From the NCBI GenBank assembly GCA_028534125.1, contig CM052817.1:88848001-88912000 (forward strand): a stretch of DNA of 64,000 nucleotides, written 5' to 3'. This DNA is from Lama glama. Taxonomy: Eukaryota. A program made the position numbers and the translations under genes. The first letter of the stretch is position 1. Each line of letters starts with the position of its first letter. The notes below the pieces were generated by a model that saw only the letters and a list, made by a program, of their open reading frames with translations, did no database searches and was not told the DNA's origin. Positions 52,819 to 64,000 of this stretch are shown piece after piece.

Positions 52819-55119
52819 CTAGAAGGGAGAAATAATTTACCAAAATGATAACTATCTGTCATAACGACAGAACTTTATTATCAGGAAGGCATCAGGTGAA
52901 CTTCCAAGAATTCTTTTAATCCTTATCCCAAAGGAGAAGGAAATAATTTTATAAGGACACCTTCAAAAGACACTACAACAATTATCTAGACTCTTCTTTC
53001 CCATCTTTCTGACATGTGTAATTATTCATTTCCACATACTTGTATACTGTAATTACCTCAAAAATATTATTTTACACTTTTTGCAATTGAAGAACAAAAT
53101 ACTACAGATATGTTTTATCAGGAAAATCACTCAAATCACTAGGTGTCTGTTATTAACTTTGAAGATTAGTTACCAAGTATCAGTAAGAGAAACAAAAATA
53201 AAACCAAACTCCTTAAAAGTAACAAAGCTGCTTCACCAGTAATACAAGGCACATGTATTTCATGCACAGTGTCATTCCTTGGAGGGACTAATAGACAAAT
53301 CAATCTGCACAAGTCCCAGGTAGACCACCCATCCTAAAGCCCTTTGAATGTCCATGAACCCAAAGTGTTCAAAGTAAATAAGAGAATACGTATTAGTGGC
53401 AGAAGAAAAAAAAAAGTTGAACTCATTAACAAATACTCAGAGAAAACAAAACAACGGTCAATATTTACAACTGATATTCTCTACTTCACTGAAAATATAC
53501 TCATCACAAAGCTTTGGTAGCCTTAACGTACTGATGAAGCCCCATTCTCACTATTTTATATCATTGCCACGATAAAGGAAAAAACATACAAAATCAATTT
53601 ATTCACAGAAAATATTTTGTTTTATAATGTAGAAAGGATATTTTAAAGAGAGAAATTACTGTTTAAAAAAAATAATTCCTCTCAATATTTTCAAACTTAA
53701 AAGAAACAAAGAATGACTTGAATGTTAAAACTCAGTAGGTGACCAAAATGTAATACCAATTTAAAAATACAAACTGATCATTATAAAATGATGAAGTAAA
53801 GAAACTATCAAAAGAGGTTTCATATATAGACTGTTAAAGTTAGCGATGAGAGACACCTCATCTTGCATACCAAACATTTAAAAAATATATATCACAGGAT
53901 GAGATATTAAAAGCATTAAGATGACTCCTAAGTAACTCCATTCCATACTTCATGGCATTTTTATTTACATGCCAAGATTTGTGGTTGTTTCACTTGTCCA
54001 TATTTTTATATCTTTCCACGTGCAACTTAGCCTGCCCAGACTTCAACTTAAGTCTCACAGACTCCACAAAACTGAAACTATTTCAATTCTCACTACCTCA
54101 CTATTGTTTGCCAATCTTCGTAATATGTATAATGTGCAATCCACCTGCGATCTTTTGATTTAGTGCTATATTTTCCTTCTGCATCATGCATCATGTGTAT
54201 TTGTATCCTAAAATGGCTATTTTTACTGAATGTTACTTTAAGGAAGTTTAAAGTATATGTAGAAATCATACTAGGTTGGGTTCTGCAGAAGCAAATACCA
54301 AATCAGTATTTGGGGTGCAAGTTATTTATTAAGACTCAAAACTATCCCAAAACTGAACAGCATGTCCTTTCTTAAAAAAGGGCTTTGTCTACATATATAA
54401 CACAGAAATGTATACAAATCATAAGTATACATCTGGATGAACGGCCTCAAAATAAACACACCATTTCTGTATTTTATGTAACTTTTGTAGCTGGTTTTGG
54501 ATTAGTCAATTGCAAGGGGTTTCAATGCAGTGACCCCAGTTATACATATATGTTGGACACAAGCTAGCTGGACATAGATTTCTCATTTCCTAAGAAAACC
54601 TCCAATTTGTGTAGGTTGCCAGCTTTAGGATTATGTAAATAAAGTGTTGAGGAATAAAAGGTGTTTTCACCCAGCTTAAATCAGCCCAGGCAAAACAAAT
54701 TGGGTTATATATATTCTACTCTATGTTTTCATCTTGTATCTACCAATTAAATCTAAGTACCAGGGCCGAAAAAAACAAAACAAAACAAAAACAACTCAAA
54801 TCAGATGCTGAGAGCAATTAATTCATTGGTACTACTTAAAATGCCTAAATAGTGGAACAAGATCTCTAGATAGTCCTTAAGGAAGCCAACTAATGTTTTA
54901 TTATATATGCTAGGCAAGTTAGCAATGAGAGATGTAATACCCTAAATAATATTGACTAAGATTAAATCATTAAAATGATTAAAGATTGAGGACAAACATG
55001 GTGCCCAGTTTTAAATAAATTTTCCTCTAGTAACAAAATATACATATATGATATAAGAAGACTTTTTTACTTTCATAAATTTATAATGTGTAGAAAAGTG
55101 TATTAACGTTGGGGGCAGT

Positions 55120-56007
55120 CACGGAGAGGATATGACCACTGGTTGACCATCGAGCTGGACCCGGGCGATTTGGGGCGCCCCTGCCCTGTCCTTGCAACAT
55201 GGACTCCACGTGCCTTCCCCTGTCCAGAAGCTGCCCAAGGACACAGTCTTGAGATAAAGGCTAAGGGTGTTGAGACCATCTGGATGAAGCACGTGACTGA
55301 ACCCAGTGAAGGCCTCAGTATACACTTTTCAGATTCTGATGGGTGGACGCAGAGATCTCTCTCGTCTTGTGGCCACTCAAGACAAGCCTCCTGTGTAAGC
55401 TCCCTTGTTTATGAAACCTGCCACCTGCCAGTCAGGAGTGGTCTGCCCCTTTCTTCGGTCTCCCCGGGGCCTCCATGCATGTGGGGGGCTTTACCAGGGA
55501 CGCTCCAGAGGTTGCAACCCCACCACTGTCACCGGCAAAGTCTAATAAGAATTCTCGCGAAACAAAAATAAAATCTGGGTAGTAAAATAAAGTCTAACCT
55601 TTCTTTTCCTTCGTGCTTGTCTAGCTTCACTTGCTCATACGTTGGGGCGTACAGAGGTCTTGCACCTGTCGCTTCAGAACAGTTCCTAGGGCGAGAAGGC
55701 TGCCCGCCGCACTTCACCTCAGCGGAGGCGCTGGAGCCCGAGCAGCAGAGCTGCGCAGTCTCGCGAGAACCCTGCCCCCTGACGGGAACCGCGTCAGGCA
55801 GCCCCGCCCACGACCGGTGAGGCCAAGTGTGCGCTCGCTGGTAGAGGAGCGCTGACCCTTCTCTGTGGGAATCCTGAAGTAACTTAGTTGAGGAAATTTT
55901 CCTTAGAGAGCGAGCACCTGTGCTTGTGTTTGCATTTTGTTTTTCCCTTGGAAGACCACCATCTCGGAGCGTCTCATATGTTAATTTGTTCGTGGATTCC
56001 TGGATGA
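55120..56007. promoter_or_regulatory. CpG-rich promoter-like island (probably continues into the gap), possibly bidirectional
   Basis: The only GC/CpG-dense stretch in an AT-rich window. Motifs: TCTCGCGAGA 55759-55768, near-match TCTCGCGAAA 55553-55562, CTGCGCAG 55751-55758, CCTGACG-N7-CGTCAGG 55778-55798, GC box GCCCCGCCC 55801-55809, CACGTG at 55207 and 55290. Confidence 0.75.
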
Positions 56008-56507
56008 NNNNNNNNNNNNNNNNNNNNNNNNNNNNNNNNNNNNNNNNNNNNNNNNNNNNNNNNNNNNNNNNNNNNNNNNNNNNNNNNNNNNNNNNNNNNN
56101 NNNNNNNNNNNNNNNNNNNNNNNNNNNNNNNNNNNNNNNNNNNNNNNNNNNNNNNNNNNNNNNNNNNNNNNNNNNNNNNNNNNNNNNNNNNNNNNNNNNN
56201 NNNNNNNNNNNNNNNNNNNNNNNNNNNNNNNNNNNNNNNNNNNNNNNNNNNNNNNNNNNNNNNNNNNNNNNNNNNNNNNNNNNNNNNNNNNNNNNNNNNN
56301 NNNNNNNNNNNNNNNNNNNNNNNNNNNNNNNNNNNNNNNNNNNNNNNNNNNNNNNNNNNNNNNNNNNNNNNNNNNNNNNNNNNNNNNNNNNNNNNNNNNN
56401 NNNNNNNNNNNNNNNNNNNNNNNNNNNNNNNNNNNNNNNNNNNNNNNNNNNNNNNNNNNNNNNNNNNNNNNNNNNNNNNNNNNNNNNNNNNNNNNNNNNN
56501 NNNNNNN
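56008..56507. other. Assembly gap (500 N)
   Basis: N run adjacent to the GC-rich island. Confidence 1.
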
Positions 56508-59500
56508 TCAGGCTTCCCCCTAAGATGTATCATTTTTGGAGCCCTGGCTTCATTCAGGGGGTAAGGTCTTATCTGTTGTTTCCCTCTGGCTGTGCAAACC
56601 CCAAATTAAATCCTCCTCAGCACTCTGAATTCCATTTCCTTTTTATAACTGGCTCGTGTTTTTTCCCTCAATATTTTGTTTTAGCCCTAACATGTATTTA
56701 ATATGATATATGTTGCATCTTACCTAGAATTATAGATGTTTTGTAGCAGGACACTTTTCACTTTCTTTTTTTTCTTTCCTTGCTGTAATGCATTCCTTGT
56801 TAAATGCAGTCTTCCTCGATTAAAAAAAAAAAAAAAAAGAAGATGAAGAAGGAAAGGGAAAACAGTCTACTCATTATCTTAATTCTCCCCTAAATCATTT
56901 GTTCGAAAAATCGCTGACTGTTGTTCACTAAGCATGTCCATGTCTCTACTTTTGTTTTTGAACTTCATAGTAAAGATTTAAGTTGAGCTTCAGTGAGTCC
57001 TTTTATTATGAGAATTTCACCAGTTGTTCAGTTCTATTTAGTGGATTTGAAACTTACATTTTATAACAGGAAACATAAAATAAAATGAAAGATTTTTTTT
57101 AATCTTCTAAAATAAATGCCACAGAGAACAAAAGTCATTTAGATCATAAAAAATGAAAATATAAGAATTTTAAAAGATAATTTATATTTCATTAATCAAC
57201 TCACTCAGAAAGGTATTGCAAATATAATATATGGATATAAATTATCCTCTCTGTCTCACTAGAAAAAAAGATGCCTGCAGGACATTCTCAATTAATTTCC
57301 ATATTTGATATCCTATAAATGTAAGATGAATAGCTATAAAAATTCAAGATGTAGGGTGAGGTTTCATATGAATATATCAATGATGGATTAAACAAATCTG
57401 ATATGAAAATAAGACAACCCTTCCAGGCTTTGAGTATGCTGAATTGGATTATCCAGGGAACTACTAGATATGCATATAAAAAATAAGAAGTATATCTCAA
57501 AGAACTACATTGGAAGGTATTTTGCTTGAAAAATAATTATTATATAGAGTGAAAAAGATTATCAGTGTACATAACTTTTAGGAATGAGCTTCAAAGAGAA
57601 ATGACTCTTGTTCAAAAAAAAAAAAAAAAACCCAAAACACAACACTCAGGTTTCCTTCACTTTTCAATCATAATCCAAAATGCCTAGGATACATATTCTT
57701 CTCTCACTAGTTAGTTCTACATATGTATAATATATATCTTTCTATAACTTTATGTATATAATACATATGTATACATACATATGTATATATCATATATACA
57801 CCATTTATATTTCTAAATATACAAATAGTTCATAAATATGCTGATTTTCCTGAAGCACATATATAAATATAGCATGTCCTTAAGTAATTATACTGATAGC
57901 TGTAAAAGCTGTTTTTAATGGAAAAGTTTAGTTTTAAAGACCAATATAGAAGAAAAATAGGACAGAGAGGTACAGAACAAATATGTGGAAACAATTTTAT
58001 TTATCTCAGTGGAAGAAATTCTTTTCTAAAATTCACATGTTCTTATATGACTCATCATTCAGAAGTTCTCACTACTCTTTATAATAGTCTCCCTCCAATT
58101 CTGTGTATAGTAAACGTTACTGATAAATACTTTCTGAAGCTAGATTGTTATTACTCCCTCTTTCTCCTTCCCGCAGGTTTAAGGGACTTAAACATAATGG
58201 CAGCATCAGTGGAAGGGATCACACCTCCCTACCCTCTAAATGTGTCATCTGTTTTTCCTGTCAGGTTTTGGGGTACTGTGATGCTTCATCCTTTGCAGAG
58301 GCCAACAAGTCCTGCCTTGACCTCTGGTTATAAGGTGCACAGTCTGCTCTCTCCTCATCCCAACTCCAGGTATTTCTTAAAAGCAGAGTACATTTTTAAT
58401 TAACTCTTAGATTTTCTATTGTAATTATTGTGTTTTGTTTGCTTATGTTCTCTGTTCCAATTCCTGTACTTTCTGATACAGGGGTATCAGTTATCTGTAG
58501 GTGGAAACACTCTTGTCCCTCTTGACTTCTTCCTTCTGCTTTCTTCTGTTCGTGATTTTTCCTAAATTCTGCCTGAAATTCTAAAACCTGTCCTCTAAAT
58601 CTTAAACTGAATTTTCTTTATTATTACTACTACTCTGTATCTCTTTATAGTGTATAAAATTCTGCTTCATTGATATTATTTTTGCATTGATTTCTATGGT
58701 GGACTTTGGCAACTTTATATTTCACTTTATTTTTTCTTGTCCCAGTATGAATGGTTGAGTTTTTGCTTCTAAGTAGAATATATAGTGTGATGTATATTAG
58801 ATATACACATGAGTGTTTTCACAACACATACAACTACACAATAAACATTGAACTGCTTATATATATTTATTATCTCTGCACATAATTTGTAGCTTTTTAT
58901 GAAGTACAGAAAAACAACAGATTAAGATAAGACCTTTTTGATAGAATATGAACTGTCAATGTATTTCTAAATTTATAAGTAAATATGGCAGAGTTCTGGT
59001 CTTCAAATCCAGAGTCCAAAAAACTACAGTTTGTAACAATTGTGGGAGGTCATGCAGAGAAAATAAACTTGAACAGGCTTTGTTGGTATTTGCTAAGTCT
59101 TTGAAAAAATTGAAACAAGAGGGACTTTAACTTTTTATAAGGTATATGAAAAACAACATAACTCCATGCTGGTGTATTTTGTTACAGCCTGGAGTGATTT
59201 TTCTATTTGTATTTTGTTATCTACCTGTATTATTGGAAAGAATGTCCCTCTGGTCTTTAAAAGGCAGTGTCAAATGATGCTTCCTTCAAGAAAAGTGCTT
59301 CTCTGGTCTCTGGGAGTTCTCTGAATATCTCATTTGATTGAAAAAAAGAATTTGTCCAGTTTGCTTTTATTTGTTCAGAAAAGATGTACTATAATTTCCA
59401 TTTATAAGGCTCTCTAAATAAGTCAGGCTGGCTATAGTCAGTATATGTAAATACACTTGAAAATTTCATTACAAAAAGAAACAAGAGAAAGTTTTATAAT

Positions 59501-60954
59501 TCTATGTACCAAAAACTTTATATATATATTTTTGGTCAGTAAAGTATTTTAAATGAAATATGTCAATAATTTTATTTTCATAGAAGAATTTATATACTTT
59601 TAAAAAGTTTATTCTTTATTTAAAATTATTTTCCAGAACTTTGTATGTGTATAGAATTTAACACATTCACATTCATTTATCATATGAATTTAAATATTTT
59701 AAATTAATGCTAAAATGGTACAATATTTGAAAGACTCCCATTCAAATATTTGCTTATTTTCTCATCACAACAATGAATAGTCCATGATTTTTGAAACAAA
59801 ATCATATTATGTTTAATCAAAAACATACCTCGATTTTCTGCATAACTGTATAAAAATATAAATTTTCTATTAGTGTTATTTGCATGATTAATTTTGTGAG
59901 AAAAATAACTTAGATATGTGACAGTGTGTAATTATATTGAATTTACTCTCAAATATAGATAGCAAAATTCAATCATTAATATTTTTCTCAGTATGAATCT
60001 ACCTTAATGATTTCTTTAATCAAATCACAAAAAGCATATTACAATAACTAAGGATTGAAGGTAAATCTACGCTAACAAATGCATTCTACTGTGTATGTCA
60101 TTTATTGGTAAACAAAGACTCCTGGTACAAATTAAATTGCCATGCTAGTCTCTTCATCTATAATTGTAATTTTAAGTTTAATTTTCTTTAACTTTTACCT
60201 ACTCTTTTAAGTCACTTTATTTAAGAGGACTGTCCAACATTAAGAAATATTCTTAAAGCTTGCCAAATATTTGTGACCATGTTTCTCCTCCTTCTTTTGA
60301 ATTTTATTGTACTCCCTGATCCTTTTCCCAATGTGTCATCAAATCCTTGATTTTGTCTATTCTCGTATTTAGTAAATCTAGTTAATTTTGCTTGTATGAG
60401 GCAAAGATGAGTAAAGGAAAGTAATAATTGAAATGGTCATTTAAAATTAGACTGGGATTCCAAATGGTGAGGAAAAATGCTAATTCATAAATTGTATCTT
60501 GGTGCCCAGTAAGATATGAAAACAATACCACATTGATTTACAAATCTTATTCTTTCCTAAGATAGCTTAGCTTCATATTAACATGCATAATTTTATTGTA
60601 AAACACTTAAGTGTTCATAAAGAGATTGATTAAAAAATAACCCAACATAAAATCAAACTATGGAATGGTGATGAGTATGTAAAAGGAATGTAGCATAATA
60701 TAGTTTGATTATTAAATTATATGTTCAATATTTTACTTAAATTTAGCTATTAGTTTCAACTGCTACCATTACAAATAAAACTTTTAACTTTACATTTTGG
60801 GAGTCTGGCTTAATAAATACCCAAAGGGCTGACAAGACAGGAAAACCGTTAGTGTCTGTCCAGAAATTATGAGAAAGCTTCAGTTCATGAACATAAGTAA
60901 ACTGCATCAAATGCCAAACCTTCCCTGGTTGTTTAGAATTTTTTAATAACTTAC

Positions 60955-61310
60955 TTATTATTTAAACATAATATCAAAGTTACAGAAAAGTTGTAAATGT
61001 AATACACAAAGTATCTAATGTCATTTACCCAGATTCACAAATTGTTTACATTTTAGTTTATTTGCTTTTACTATCTTTTATCTGTGTATCTATTGTCTAT
61101 ATAACAATCATTAATAATATATATGTAAAGATTATTTATAAAAATTGAGGGCAAATTGTAGGAAATGTGACTGTTTAATGTGACTTTATCCCTAAATACC
61201 TCAAAGTGTATATTCTAAGAGGACATTTTTGTAAATAATCATTAAACAATTAAAATCAGAAAATTAATATTGACACACCATTGACCATTGACACTAATCT
61301 ATAGTCCATC
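60955..61310 (-). mobile_element. Old L1 3'UTR fragment (L1MC-like)
   Basis: AAGTTACAGAAAAGTTGTAAA...CATTTACCCAGATTCACAAATTGTTTACATTTT...CCCTAAATACCTCAAAGTGTATATTCTAAG. Confidence 0.65.
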
Positions 61311-61319
61311 AAATTAGGT

Positions 61320-62340
61320 GACATACAAGTTTAAACAAAGCAACAAAGTTAACAATTTGTAAGGAGACTTTAGATTATGAATATCTACAAATTAAAAAAG
61401 CTAATACTTATAATCATAAAGCCTTAAAAATAAAAAGCTAAACAAAAGCATAATAATGGTAGAATATTTTAATTTACTCCTCTCAGATAATGACAAGGTC
61501 AAAAGAAAAACAACATCAAAAACAGAAACTATAGAAGGCCTAAAATATGAATTTGTGGATTAGAAGTGATTGCTTACACATGAATTCTGAATCCTCAAAT
61601 TAAAGGATCACATTCTGTTGAGTGTCCATGAAACATAAACTAAAATTGGATCAAAAAGAAATTAAAAACACACCATGAAAAGAGTAGAAATTAAACAAGT
61701 ACTATTCTGAAATAATGATGCAAGAAAGAATAATTGATAAAATCAGAAAATAAAATGCCGAATGATTCCACAGAAAGATTCATAGTAAATTGAGTTGCTA
61801 ATTGTGTATAAATATTATTGAAAACTGCAATGAAACTGATAATTTTCTATGAAAATATAACTGCCACAATACATATTGAAAAGGAAATAATAATATACAT
61901 GTTGATTTATTTAAAATAATCAGAGAACTCTGTCATTGAGTTATCCCCTAAGAAAATACTAGGCAAGCTCAGACACTTTCATAGCTATACCAACAAATTA
62001 TAAAGAACAGATAATTCCAACACTAAGCTATTCTAGAGCATAGAACAAAAAGATTAATTTTTAAAATATTATTTATTGTGACAAATATTGCATAAATAAA
62101 TCTACACACCAATCTGAATTATGAATAAGCAAAAAATTAAAATAAAATGTTAACAAATAGAAAATCCAAAAATGATTAAGAAAAATAACACATCATTTAC
62201 AGTAGTTCATTCTTGAAAAGTTAACCATAATTAAGTACTAGAACATATTCAAATAATTTACCACATTTATACATCTAGAATAAAAATCCTGTAATTTTAT
62301 ACATATATGCTGAAATGTCATTCAACAAAATTTAAATCCC
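61320..62340 (+). mobile_element. Highly decayed L1 ORF2 fragment
   Basis: A-rich; AAAGAACAGATAATTCCAACACT...CTATTCTAGAGCATAGAA and ATATGCTGAAATGTCATTCAACAAAATT resemble ORF2 RT-region sequence. Confidence 0.5.
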
Positions 62341-62477
62341 TATCATAAATTGCAATTTTGAGGGTATAGTTTTCTCCCCCACCTATTAACATATTTTTCA
62401 TTTTTTGGAAGTCTTACCTGGCATTGCCATTTCATGAGTCACTGCAACTAGAGCCAAATATTTTTCTCTGTTTAAAA

Positions 62478-62918
62478 TTAGGTCTTTAATCTATTTTCAG
62501 TTGATTTTTTAATATGATGTAAGATAGAATCCAAATTCACACTTTGGCTTGTGAATATCCAGTTTTCCCAGCACCATTTATTGAAGAGACTCTCCTTTCC
62601 CTGTTGTGTATTCTTGGCACCCATGTGGAAGATCATTTGACTATATATGTGTGGGTTTATTCCTGTGGTCTCTATTCTGTTCCATTGGTCTGTACATCTG
62701 TCTTTATGCCAGTACCATACTGTTTTAATTGTGGTAGTTTTGTAATATTTTTAAATTCGGAAATGTGATGTCTCCAGCTTTGTTCTTCTTTTTCAAAATT
62801 GCTTTGGCTATTCTGAGTCTTTTGTGGTTCCACATGAATTTTAGGATTTTTTTTACAGTATCTATAAAAAGGCTACTGGGGTTTTGATGGAGTTAGCATT
62901 GAATCTGTAGATCACCTT
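62478..62918 (-). mobile_element. L1 ORF2 fragment (L1MA/MB age), antisense
   Basis: ATATCCAGTTTTCCCAGCACCATTTATTGAAGAGACT...GCCAGTACCATACTGTTTT...GCATTGAATCTGTAGATC is canonical antisense ORF2. Confidence 0.9.
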
Positions 62919-62919
62919 G

Positions 62920-63259
62920 TGTCTTAGCATGTTTGGACTGATATAACAAAATACCATAGATTGGGTGGCTGATAAACAACAAAAAATTATTTCTCACAGT
63001 TCAGGAGGCTAGAAGTTCAATATCAGCCTGCCATATGGTCCAATTTTTGTTAGGATCCTCATCAGGCTGCTGAGTTCTTGTATTCTCTCATATGGGTGTA
63101 AAGGAGCTTTCTTGTGCCACTTTTATAAGGGCATTGATTCCGTTTATAAGGGATCCACTCTCATGACTGAATCACCTCCCAAAGTCCCCATACCACCACT
63201 TTGATGGTTAGGTTCCAAAATAGGAGTTTTCAGGGGACACAAACATTTAGACCATAGAA
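62920..63259 (-). mobile_element. MaLR solo LTR (MLT1A-like)
   Basis: TGTCTTAG...ATAACAAAATACCATAGATTGGGTGGCT...TTATTTCTCACAGTT...GGACACAAACATTTAGACCATAG. Confidence 0.88.
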
Positions 63260-63653
63260 CTTGCTAAATAAAAATCTAAGACTGGCAGAATAAGAGTTTA
63301 TGTCAAACTACCATGTAAATAGCAGAAGCACATTTTAATATAATTAATTAATTAATTATTACAGAAATATTTATTGTTTAATGCAAAAATATCTATTGAT
63401 CTCCCATACATATTTCTCTATTTTGAGGAAAGATATACAATTAATTTGAACAATACTTTGCTTTCTTTTTTTGAAATGTACTCAAGATTGCACTATCATA
63501 ATTTATTTAAATAGAGTTCACATTTGCAAGAGCCTCTGAATAGAATTGGTTGTCACACAGACACAATGACATATCAAATGTTTGAAATACTTAAAGCCAA
63601 TGTTAACATTCATTTCCTTTCTTCCTTCCATTAAATTATTTTTTTACCCCAAG

Positions 63654-63751
63654 CAACACGATTGTTTAGAGGCACTTTATTAGAGAACTTGAGCCTTTCT
63701 TGTGTGGATGCAATGGCTTCCAGATTGAGTCATGTTAAATGTAGTCCAAAG
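63654..63751 (+). other. Candidate exon with one open frame and strong-Kozak ATG
   Basis: Long pyrimidine tract and TGTTAAC upstream, acceptor CCCCAAG|, donor AAG|GTAATA. The frame TRLFRGTLLENLSLSCVDAMASRLSHVKCSPK is open; GCAATGG with ATG at 63713. Protein not recognised. Confidence 0.3.
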
Positions 63752-64000
63752 GTAATATTTTTTCCCATTGGTAAAATTCAAACAAATCATAATGAAGCTT
63801 TAGTGTTTGTTGTCTGGATATCATCTCTAATTCTTTTCTTCAAAATAATTAGGATTGTTATTTCCAGCAGTATTTTGATATCAAAACTGTGTTCTAAAAG
63901 TAAGCCTGCAAAGTCTAATATCTCCCTTTATTAATTCACAATACATTTGGACAGTAACACATACTTTAGTTCTTGTTTTTCTTTTCTATGTATATTTATA

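Noticed and set aside
55529..56564. Long ORFs of 334 aa and 214 aa near the CpG island
   Set aside because: Their length comes from reading through the 500-N gap; the real residues are unrecognisable GC-rich translation.

Overview
AT-rich, repeat-dense mammalian genomic DNA, probably from a camelid (alpaca/camel). That assignment rests on a Vic-1-like tRNA-derived SINE at 26988-27101 and a young L1 3' end at 24068-24432, both recognised from memory rather than by database search. No protein-coding gene can be confidently identified. The supplied ORFs come from L1/L2/ERVL/LTR remnants, low-complexity DNA, chance, or read-through of three assembly gaps (24257-24356, 30122-30621, 56008-56507). 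The main non-repeat feature is a CpG-rich promoter-like island at about 55120-56007. It carries a perfect TCTCGCGAGA (BANP/CGCG) element, an inverted half-CRE pair and a GC box. Candidate spliced exons point away from it on both strands: a probably non-coding chain on the minus strand and an exon with an open frame and a strong-Kozak ATG at 63654-63751 on the plus strand. Other notable items are an ERVL LTR41-type element carrying an antisense APOA4-like coding fragment, a decayed ERVL gag-pol provirus, several nested transposon stacks, young insertions with target-site duplications, and short recent tandem duplications. I found no evidence of a wholly new biological system. Repeat subfamily names and most boundaries are approximate and need RepeatMasker/Dfam confirmation.
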